DNA of 64,000 bases from Ophelia neglecta (Eukaryota), in NCBI GenBank assembly GCA_965285935.1, contig OZ260665.1, positions 53,072,001-53,136,000 on the forward strand, written 5' to 3'. Position numbers and translations under genes: made by a program. This document shows, piece after piece, positions 50,380 to 61,700 of this stretch (positions are counted from its first letter, which is position 1; the number at the start of each line of letters is the position of its first letter). The notes under the pieces were generated by a model that did no database searches, was not told where the DNA came from, and saw nothing but the letters and a program-made list of their open reading frames with translations.

Positions 50380-51800
50380 CATGCCAGCCACGTTTCACGT
50401 TAAGCGGATTACGCCGGGACGCTTGGATATGCTATTTTTCAAGTGACTAGTGATTCATTTGGATAGTTTTCCTAGCGGCCATTTCACTGTTAGTGTCATC
50501 TGCAAACCGATTCGGATGCGTAGGACGGGAGAAGATGAGTACACGTTGTGTGATGTGTTTCATGTCACCCTGAGATAGAAAATAGAGAATTCCTGGGAGA
50601 GGAGAAAGATCACGCCAAAGTGGGCAGCACAGGCTTACGTTCGCCAATCCGACACCCTCAGCCCGCTAAAGGGTTGAAACCTGAGTGTTTATATCTGAGT
50701 TGAGGCAACTTAGCGGAAGAGAAGAGCGCATTAAGTTGTTCCTCTACCGTATGCCGAGCCATGCCTAAGGCTCTGGGCTCTTTGCTCTACAATCTGACAA
50801 AGCTCTGGCAAGGAGAAGATGGCGACATTTTAATTCGGGGATTTGGGTTTGGATCATGAACAACGCTGGAGATTTTGTCCCACACTCTCGCTGATGACAG
50901 CGTACGTCCATTTAAATCAATTTGCCGAGCATAGCTCATCCTGTATGTCCCCTAAATAACACGCACTGACCTGCTGACCGGGCCATCGGAAAGAGTGGGC
51001 CGCACGGAAGTCTCGTTTGCATGCTAGATTAGTTAAGAGAGAATTGCGGTCAGAAGTACAGCAATTTCGCCAAATAATTTGAACTTAATGGTGGAGCAGG
51101 TGCATTTAAAAGCGACACGCTTCTATTGCTTTGTCCCCCCGCGCTTGCTCTTTCGACTCTGGGGACTTATGTGGCGAAACATTTAAGGACACACTAATAA
51201 CGAGTGGACTTAAGCTAATAGGCGACTGTAGCAAGTACCACAAGGGCTCTTCACCAGATTGCGCATAAATCAAATCCTAAGCCCTTGGATTCATAGCGAT
51301 GCATTATCAGGAGTCGAAGATGCGCTTTAAAGTGGCGGCGAGCCAGGACCCCGATCCGGAAGTTAGGTATGATGGTTCGGGGAAGACGGACGTGTGATTT
51401 ATCTGTAAAGGTGCCCGCTAAGTTTTTACCATTTCACCTCTTGTGTTTAATGGTCATAGTTAAGAAGCAAGCTATGTAAGAATGTAGTTGTTTAAGACAA
51501 CCCTTACCACCTGTTGGAGCGGTCGATATCACCCTCAAGGCAAGCTTTTGTCAATATACAGAGAAATCAACCATAAAACCAGGAGCGCCGGCAGAGAGAG
51601 CGCAGACGACCGGCCAGTCGCGTCCACAAACGGCACGTCGGAGCTTGTCGCTCGCCTAGCTCTACAGTGGCACTTTGTTTGTCGTTGGTAGACACCTTTC
51701 CAATGGCTTAAAACTGACAAATATATAGCCATGCAGATGATGCATCATATCATCACGAACGCAACTTTATACGTCTTCTAGTGTGAACATCAGATTTAGA
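50380..51800 (+). promoter_or_regulatory. Putative promoter/5'UTR region of gene 2
   Basis: CpG/GC-richer stretch directly upstream of the second signal-peptide exon, similar in character to 780-1630. Confidence 0.35.
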
Positions 51801-51801
51801 T

Positions 51802-52197
51802 ATGGAATTAACTGGGATTTTGTGTCGTCTTATCGTCTTCATGACAGTATTATTCCATCAGGGAATCCTGGCCCAGATGAACTCCAACAAAAGCTTTCTC
51901 ACTGTGGGATATCTGATGGCCGATACCTCGTACAACGGATTCGTTAAGAACAAGCAGGGGCGGGTGATTTCTGGAGCCGTGACTCTAGCTATCCAGGAAA
52001 TACGGAATAACGCTCAATTGTTACCGAACCACGATCTCCGGTTTATATATTCCGATACCAACGCCGATGTATTGAACGGCACCCGGAAACTGACAGAACA
52101 ATGGAAGGCCGGGGCAGTGGCCTTCTTTGGGCCGGAGGACTCTTGTGATGTCGAAGCCCGTGTCGCAGCGGCTTGGAATCTCCCAATGATCTCTTAT
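51802..52197 (+). CDS. Receptor guanylyl cyclase gene 2, exon 1 (partial gene; Gyc76C-like ectodomain)
   Basis: Signal peptide MELTGILCRLIVFMTVLFHQGILA, then FLTVGYL...KQGRVISGAVTLAIQEI...LLPNHDL...AFFGPEDSCDVEARVAAAWNLPMISY|gtaagt. Same intron position and phase as gene 1. No exon 2 (C..FART type) recognised before 64000. Confidence 0.88.
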
Positions 52198-54869
52198 GTA
52201 AGTAAACAATCAAATGGCAACAAGTTAGAATGGGACACGACATCGTCACTTTATCTGTGTGGGTTTTCGTATATTTTATTGATTTAGTAGACAGCTCGAT
52301 ATATTTTCCTACCAATCGCGCATTAAATCCAGGCGTCCAGTATAATTAACGTTTAATCAAGCATAGACCACTAATCAGTGTCCGACTAAAAAGGGGTTCC
52401 ATATAATTAATTTTGCGTTTAAACAAATTTAACGAAGTAAATAATCTTTTCCTGGATATCCTTAGAAATACTTTACTGTACGCTGGTAACTCACCGGAGT
52501 CGCTTTATGTGTTCCAGTAGACACGTCTACAGATGTCAGCGGTCACTTTACTAGGCCCTGCCATTTATAACGTGTGTTATGTTTTAGGAGAAAATTATTT
52601 GAATACCCATTGGATGGGGGGGGGGGAGGTTTGGTGTTTCATTTAATCTGCTAACTTTCTCATTTAAAGTCATCTCAACAATAAAAGTCACAATTCATAA
52701 TCATAAAACCAAATCATTCCTCTTTACTATATGCCTAATAAAAATAAAGACTTAATATAACGATGATTGGATCGATTGTGAGGTTAGCAAGGTTAGAGCC
52801 CTAGAAAGGTGCACCGCTTAGATGCAAAAATTGGTAAATTAGATTGTGAAATTTATGTCGTTCGGTTAGTCTCAGGCTGGCATGTTTTTGCCTTTTTTCA
52901 AGTCGTCCGCAAAGAGATCATGCTATTCTCTTGGATATTGCTCAGATTTAAGAGCACGATAATGCAGAGGCAGAAAAACTGTGCCTGCAAGCCAGCGTAT
53001 AGACCTTATCGACATCCGAGATATGTATGCCTATTAAATTGAATACATGGTTTGTTATAAGCTGTTATTATTATATTGTATTAAATTACTAGAGAGTGGA
53101 CAACATTCTACTGTAGACAATTAGTACATTCATATTAGGATAGTTGGTTGAAGACGTCACCAGCCAAGAGATAATTAGAACATTTCGTGGTTTTATAATT
53201 ATTTTCAAATGATTAACCCTTATGAGAATATGAATACAATTTTTTACCTGCTTCTGTTGTCTATTTTTCTAGCTAGTCTTGCATTTAAAAAACGTTTTCA
53301 CTACAACAAGTTCAATTTTAAGTTACTTTTCAAGTTCTACTTTGTCACCCTTAAAACAAGGATTATGACTTGAGACAACCTACTATGCATGTTGCCTTAC
53401 AACTTATTTTGTTAAAAACAAAATTTGTTTCATGAGAGAGTTAAGATTTTCAAGTATGTTCCGGCGTTGAGTTATATTGCTAACATCTTTTTAAACGTGT
53501 TGGGCAATCTGTCATAGCTGCCCTAAGCTGACCTTAGGAATTTACTGAGCAAAACGGAATAATTTACCAATATGACATAATCGCATATTTGCCCCATATA
53601 GTAGAAATGGTCGTCCACACGTCCACTCAGAAGGTTTTGCCCCCCAAAAATATATGTTTAATAGATTCACGTACATGCATTCCTTCCTTAACTTAATTGA
53701 GATCATTATTTTATTAGCTTGAGCATAACAAATGTAACCGAAATTACGCCCATCTCCCCTATATACATGTATATATCGCATTCTGTTGACCTTGGTTGTG
53801 TCATCTCCCTTGTCTAAAGAAGAATTCCAATTGCAATAGTTATAGCACATTTCAGGATGTTTCCGTCTGTCATAGACAACTGTCCAGCGAGCCTATTCTT
53901 TCTTGGCAATCTTTATACTATCTCGGTATTAATGTTTTACTCGTAAAAAATGATATTCATAAAGTTAAGTTTTCCTCCATAATAGCATATTGTTCGCTTG
54001 AGTAGGTGCTGCTGGTTCGCTGATGGCTTCCTACAATGCTCTTTTAGTTGGTAATGTACATTAATAATCTGTAATCAGTTTCTCTCAACGGCCAACTTCC
54101 GCTAACCTCAATCCGAATTTGCCATAATTTACCAATATTACATAACATCATTTACCGGATACCTACGGAAGTCTGGGTATTTCCTGCAGGGATCTCCAAT
54201 TCAGTACCTAATGCTCATAACATGTGCCCAATCACAAAGTGATTGCTAAATATTATGAGAATTTCTCTCCCTTTGGGAATTATGAATGGGTTATTTGGAA
54301 TGTTAATTGCCGAATATTCCCATATCTCTGCCTAAGGTGATCCCTGTTCCTGATTTGGTGACGTCTGACAGCCACTAATTACATTCATGTTCATTGCACT
54401 GGTGGTTCCGTTGTCTTAATGGCCCCAGAAAATGATCACCACTAATATTCAAGAAGAGTGTAAGAAACACAACTACACAGTAACTACGAGAAGGCCGTCG
54501 GAGTCTTCTCTTGATGGTAGAGTTGATTGTGCTCTGCAGCGGGCAAACACATCCCGGAATTACATTCGAATCAGCTTTTTGCTCCCAAAAAAATGAGCAA
54601 TCGCTCTGGAGATCGAAAAGCTTATGTGAAGCAGACAACAAATCAAACTACAAACATTTGTATCAGTATATGCGGCAACAAACATTATGCACGGACAATG
54701 TTGTTTTCAGTGATAATTAAAGACATGGTTCTATGTAATGTTATTAATTTCTATGGACATGATGACTTCATGTGATGTTATTGTCTGATGGCAATGTAAG
54801 GGGCGTGTAATGCCTCTTCTCTGTGGCATGCAACCATGTTGGCATATATTAAAAGATCATATCTTCTTT

Positions 54870-54985
54870 CTGTCTAGGCGAGTATATATTATGTTTCGTA
54901 ATATGTGTGTATCTGTGTGTTTCAATAATTACTGGTCTGATTTTGATCAAATTTGGCGACAATATAGCCTAGGACATTGCCCGTT
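54870..54985 (+). mobile_element. Possible DINE/HINE-like non-autonomous Helitron fragment
   Basis: gtgtgtatctgtgtgt microsatellite-like block followed by actggtctgattttgatcaaatttggc, typical of this repeat class. Confidence 0.35.
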
Positions 54986-55017
54986 TTCATTTTATTTTCA
55001 TCCTCATTTTCTATATG

Positions 55018-55790
55018 GCCTGGTGCTTACAAAACAGATAGCATTACCGCTTCGTACGATTCTGATTGCAGACCCATTTGGGCAGTAGGGAGACCACACA
55101 AAGACTACACTCAGCTCGTCCGTAGGTTCGGGGGCACCAGCCAATATTATGATAGTGCCTCAAAGATGCTGTCTTCTGCCCCACATAAAATCTTACACCA
55201 CTTACACCAGTTTTGCCACTTCAAAAAAATTTCAAGACGGATTGCCGCAAGATAAGGCATGAAATTCATGCAAAATCTTGTTATGTTGGAGCTAGAATAT
55301 TCTAAAATGGCTGGATTTATACACAGCCGATTCCTTTATTGTAGATAGCAGTTCGCTTTGGTAACATAAGTTAGTTTTAGGTAGAACCATAATGTCTGTG
55401 TAAGGAGAGAATTTTTAAATGCATGTTAAATGGACTTTGCCTTGTTGCATACAGTTATTGCAACTCATATCATCAGATTGTCCGCTTTCTCATGACTGCT
55501 TTCGGCAAAACATTCTTGTTGTTTCTGTTTTATCAGCCACTGAAGTGATTGGCTTAAAGGAGCACATAGTTTTCTCTGCCAAGTTCGCTGGCTACTCTGC
55601 CTTCATATGTTCCTGTGATAGCAGAAAAGACCTTTGACTACAGCCGCAATTCCTCTGGCTCACTACGAGTGAACTGCAGAATAAATTGACGAGGCTTGTA
55701 TGTGCTGCCTACTGCCCAAAAGGGTCTGCAACCGAAAACATTCCCGAGCGCCGATGGTACTTGGTTTGTAAAGGCAAGGCTACGAGCGAC
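55018..55790. repeat. Inverted repeat pair, arms about 90 bp, about 600 bp apart
   Basis: ttgcagacccatttgggcagtagg (55066-55089) vs cctactgcccaaaagggtctgcaa (55708-55731) match 23/24 as reverse complements, with weaker similarity extending outward. Confidence 0.8.
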
Positions 55791-58700
55791 CAACTGCCAC
55801 TTACCCTTTTTGCCCTTTAGCAGCACTTACTAATATTGGGGGTAAATTCAAATGGCGGATGAAACCTTTGTTGAAACTCTACAGTATTTTCTTGGAATTT
55901 AGTGCTTAATCGGCCATGTCTATGATTGCTTCTTTCAAGAACAAATGTGTGTCATTCACGTAGAATACTACAGTTTGAGGACACTTATGGACATTTTAAA
56001 CAATGCCGTTTTACGACTCCTTGTAAACGCTTTAATGGAGCGTTGCGGCTTTGCGGCTAAAGAGCTGGGCTTTTATGTTTGTTGGCCTACAGCTGACGGT
56101 TTCTGGTGATTTTGAATTTTCCTTTTTATCATAGGAATTATACTGTTTTGTTCTTCCACATTATAGCTCCAACTTTGCTTTTGATGAACTAGAATTTTCC
56201 TTTGTGTTCCCTTCGTTTTCAATGGTTGTCTTTTTGAAATGTAAGATGGCCGATATGGTGAATCGAGATAAAATTCCAATATTCTTGAGTCATTTGCACG
56301 TACAAATGTATGATCAGCTACTATAATTAGAAGCCAGTCTGGCTTACAATTGGATATATTGGAATATAATGTCTTAGAAGTAGCAATTTTGTACATTCAA
56401 GATGGCTGCCACCAATAGAAGCACTGAAAATTAGATCTTAGGTTTTTATGGTCACTGTGTCTAAATGAAGCCAAAGCTACATATCTTTTCCTATATTTAC
56501 TAGTTGCCATAGTGAAAATCCAAGGCAGTTATGGGGCCTCTAATCGTAATTTTGATTAACCTATTCTTAATATGTAGGTCATGGCGCTATTTTGAAAATT
56601 TCGAATGATTATTTGTTAGCTGTTTATTATCCGATTTCAAAAGAAAAAAGTCCACTATTAAAAGAATATATATTATTGCCTGCCAAGAGTACATTTGATC
56701 AAAACAATAAGAGCTGACCCACTTTCTATGTGTGGCCATTTTGATCTGTTCAGACGACCATGATTTATAATCCGATGTCAATAATGGAAAGACCACTAAA
56801 GCCAATCAAGATTATTTTTCACCAAAAAAGGCAAAGAAGTAAACAACTTTCAATATTCCCTTTAAGCAATTGCTTGGCAGGGCAAAGATCAACGTTTCCG
56901 ATTGAATACACATTTTATTGAACTTTTTTCTCTTCTTCATCCTCACATCAGACGGCTAGGCGTTATTAGGCCAAATGGGCAAAAGCGGATTGGAGTCAAG
57001 CAGTTTTTTGTTTTGTAAAATGTGCAGAAAGTAGATCTCCTCCAGGATTAGGTACATAATTCTAAGAATGGTCCTTGTTAACCACGATTATACTGTTTGA
57101 TGTTAATCCCATTTTGTTATTTTATAACCCCTGATGAGAACCCTTTCTATGGACTGTGCATTTGACTGTGTGGCGCCTGCCTGCATACTATATACGTCAT
57201 CTACACATTCAATTTAGGCCAAAAAGTTTATAGATGTAGTCAAATAGAATAACTTGAATTGAAGGCAGTGTTTGATCAATCAGTCGCTTATATTAAGCGA
57301 TTGCAGCAAAGCCAAAGTTTAAATAGACCATAATTTCGTTTCTCGCCGAACTATAAGGTCAAGGTTTACAGACTTTCAGAAGTATTCATTCCATTAGGCA
57401 GCATCCAGCACCACACCCTTATTCGACAGAAATGTTTATATTTGCCTTTGCTTCAGTGTTCAGCGCAAGCAACTCCTTAGTACCAGGCTATCACTCTGTA
57501 TTTCTGAAATTATACTATAGCGATCCTTATACTTGCAGAACCAAAGTCACGTAAATAAAGTAGCTACAGAGAAACTTATTGGTTATTAAGTGCATTTCAT
57601 CTTTCGTCTTTTTCGTTTTAAAACCACTAGAAAAATATTGCTCGTAAAAGACTATAAAAGGCCACCTTCACCTTCGGCAACTAAGAGTAAACTAATAAAG
57701 CCGAATGAAAAACGGCTCATTGCCTTTACTTGTTTTATATTATAAGCTATACTTCCTTTAAAACAATCTATATAATAAGAATCAATTAGATGCAAATGTT
57801 ACTGACCGGCATTACCTGTTTGCCATGTTATTTTACGAAGGCGGAAGGTGAAGGCTGTTGTTATTAAAGACTTAAAGGCGGCAGATTATCGAACATAGTC
57901 CGTCCCGCCATGCTGTAAATTTGGTTCTATCGATATTTTTCCAGCTGATCTTGAACCCGCGATGGACACACCAATGGGCATAGGTCTATTTATTAATCCG
58001 ATAATATATTGTAGTTGTTCTGACAAGGCCAAATGCCGGTCTTCCAAGTTGGTTTCTGTGCCCAGGGGATTTCGTAACCTGTAGCTAACCCCTTGATCGA
58101 TGGAAAGTCTGGGTTTAGGCAAGTAGATTAAAACCAGGTGTTTGACCAGAAATATACGGGCTCCTGAACGCCGGACAACTTATAATTCGGTATCAATTCA
58201 CCCTACTTGACCGACTTGAAGGAAGCCTGTTTGTATTGTTTCCGGTTGTCTCGGCCGCTGTTCATGGAGATAGGAGCTTTGTAACCACTAGAGGAAAGAA
58301 CGCTGCTTAGCAACTCACGAAATGAACTTCAAGACGTTGAGTGATCCTGTTAGATTGACTGGTTGCAGTGTAATGTATGGGTGCGTCAGTTGATGCCATT
58401 AATTGGGCTTATAACTACTAATGAACTGAATGAATGAGGCAAAAAGTTAACGTAAATGTCCCTTTGCGGCAATCACAGCAAAAATAAGACGGTGCATGTA
58501 AGTCTATGCCATATCTGGAAGCCATCTGGATTGTTGATTATAAGATTCGGCGAGATTTTCAGTTTTAGGTATAGCATTATCTCCCATCACTGTTAAAATT
58601 CATTAGGTTACGTTATTTGACTGTGTTTGGAAAGCACTTATATAAGGTCCAAAATATTGCCCTAATAAACTATCTGCCGGAAAAAGGTCATGACAGTGTG

Positions 58701-61700
58701 AGTTACAAGGGACTGATAAAACGTGTTTAAGAAACCTGGCAACAGAGCTATAATATAATATCTCTGCTCCCCAACGAACGAACACCATTTTGTGCTCCCA
58801 AACGACCCAACACCATTGTGGCTTGACAGGTTGCTTTAAAAAACATAATCTGGGCGACTTATTGGCAAGTAATTCACAGCCAAGGAGACTAACACTGTCG
58901 TAGACGAGCTTGTTGACGACCGAGGTGACCGTGTTCTTTTGACGCAGAGGCCCTGCATTCCCCATTGTTCTCACACAGAGAAAAGCTTTATAATTATACA
59001 TCCAATGCCTTCTATTAAGAAACAGCCATTAACGAATTAATATCATAATCTTTACAAAATCTCCACAAAATTAATTAATTTAGAAGTAAGAGCTATTCTG
59101 GAAAAGATATCCCTTGGCTTCGTCTCTTCAGGGTAAACCATGTATTAATTACGTATGAAAGCCTTCATGACAAAGGCTGGTCTAAGTATTGTTAATCGCT
59201 AATTAATCTTTCTTTATTTGGTCGCCTTCGATTCCAACAGCTAATATCTTCCGATTCATTCCTAGCCCAAACACAGGTTTATGCCGGCGACAGCATTGCT
59301 TCAGAGATGCCAGGGGCATACAGGATGGAGCATCATGTGTATAATCCATTTCATATTAAAAGATGGCGTGATCAATTCGGTCCAAACTTCCCTTGTTAGA
59401 ATCGTCTATAATAAGAATTATTATCTAAGAGCGCCAAGCTCTTTACCTTTTTTTGGTCTATATCCATATTTAACAGGCGTTCATAATCGATTTGATGTTT
59501 GACGTTACAGTCGAGATATCTAACTGCACGATGGGGTTACGCGCGTTTAGTTCCGATAATCATGGGTTAAAAAAACAAATGGCCTTTTAACTGGCCTGAA
59601 TGATGCTTTAGAATGTTCCGCTTATGGCCTTGTTCCATTCAACGATGCACGTTTCATTAAAAAAAGATACGATTAGAACACGAGAATATCCGGGTTGATC
59701 TGGGATTTCGAATCCTATCACTCATTGTGTGACTAGATGTGCACTCTCAAACAGTCGTCTGAGAATGAACACTCACCTGACATAGCTTGTAGGCCGAGAT
59801 TGGATCTTTTCTTACTCGGTACAAAGACGGAACTTATATACACTAAGCAAAATAATGATTTCTTAAATAATAAAAAGAAATTGTAGATTTCGACTGGGCT
59901 TAAGAAACGTTGCAGCCAGGGGTGGAAACCTAAAACGAATGTTTAGATCCGGGGTTTACATATTTGTCCTATTCACCAATGCCTCTTGGAGTTCTTTCAG
60001 CAACGCTAGAAGAAAAAAGCAATGATATGGCAAACATGCAAAATATTCTAAAGTTTAGTTTAGATTATTGAATTGTAATTATAAGAGAGAATTGCGTTTG
60101 TACCTTTTTTAACGATGTTGTGGCTAAATAGAGTACACGAGAACCAGTCAATGGCTGCTTTCGATGCCATTTTTGCCAGAGTCGCATATGGATAGAACCT
60201 ACAGGGAAACGAATATACATGAACTGAGACAAGTTTTGTTTCCGGTTTGACAGAAATAAAGCAAGGAGCATCTTTGGCAATTTGAGTAAAACTGTCATGA
60301 GATACACGTTTTGGATTTGATCAGACACGTATCCAAAAAACTGCTGTTGCGGAGCTTTTGTTGGCAAGAATCAGACGAAATTAGGAATTGTGTTCTCATT
60401 ATGGCCATGCCTCCGGTGACAATTTGCCTAACATTTCATCAAGAATAGCTTACGAGTATGATATTGGTTTTAAGACGACATTGAAAGAAGAAGGTGGCTT
60501 GCACTATATGACCCACCGGAGGGGATCAGTCTTCGACCAACGACTTGCACTTTTCGTTTATGTATTCTCTATAGTTAGCCAATGAAATTTTAAGTTGAGT
60601 AAACAATTCTAAACGAAGACTAGAGCTACAAACACTCCCGGATAGAGCTAGAAGACAACATGGGCGTAGATAGTTGTTTAATTACGTTAAATTATTCAAA
60701 ATTATACAAAAATCAGTTATTGTAAAGAGCATACATTTAAATAATATGATTCTTGATGAAACAAATTAAGAACAACTAGGCTGGCAAAATGGTAATACGT
60801 TGTTGAACATCTGGAGCAAAGATCTGAAACAAATACTCCCATATGGACAGACCTACATGATATGAAGAACCATGTTTCTTGGAAAGTTGGAGGAAATGAA
60901 GCCAGGCATGTAAGGCCGGCCATCACGGGTTGCCCTTAATTGCCAATCACTTGGAGGTTGGCTTATTAGGTGAACCCATTTACGACACATCGCCTCAGAA
61001 GAAGCACTTATAATACACGGTGGAAGCCATTTCTGATGTATATCGGAATAATAAGTAAACCTTCTCAAAAATATCCTGGTTTATCTGCATAAAATGATTG
61101 GACATGGACAGTGAGGATTAGGGTTTGAAGGGGATGGCGACTGTTGTAAGTGCTTTAAAGACACATTTGTATGAAGGATGGCCAGGAATTGCTGCGAGCT
61201 ATTTTGTATTTTGTTGATCGCGTTTACAACACAGATCTACCAACTACCCCAAGAAAACAATATCCGATTAGCCCACGCCCACAAAGTAAGGTCTTTTGTT
61301 ACGGGTTGCATGGTATTGATTAAACCTCCTGTTACACATTAAGTCTTATTTAAGCTAACCTTTTTTAACTCCGCGGAAAACAAACTAGGCAGTCGACAGC
61401 GGGTATTTGAATGTTCATATATGTTGAATAACCTGTCTGTTCTGCCCACCATATTCTAGGACAGATCTGACATATAACACCGTTTAATGGTGGACAGGGG
61501 GAGTAACACAGAGGTCTGTATATACCACGACTATTGCTAACAATCACGAACTGACACAATCTCCTTAAAAGAGAAGAGGTTCTGTCTTTTTGCGACATAT
61601 CCTTTTCCCACGCTGCGTCACTTGTCTATTATAAAGATGTATTGTATTAAAGGCCATTAACGTAGGAGAGGTGTTACGTCGTAGAATAATGTGGCTTATA

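Noticed and set aside
53559-54145. 22-nt direct repeat ataatttaccaatat.acataa (53559 and 54124)
   Set aside because: Short and AT-rich, probably old repeat debris; no definable element.
56280-56320. SFART peptide as gene 2 exon 2
   Set aside because: An in-frame stop follows almost immediately, and there is no upstream Cys motif or suitable acceptor.
59640-59830. tRNA gene or tRNA-derived element around gatttcgaatcc
   Set aside because: No cloverleaf or matching A box could be built.
60800-61200. Possible LINE 3' end (SALKTHLY)
   Set aside because: Only one short motif, with no supporting upstream RT motifs.
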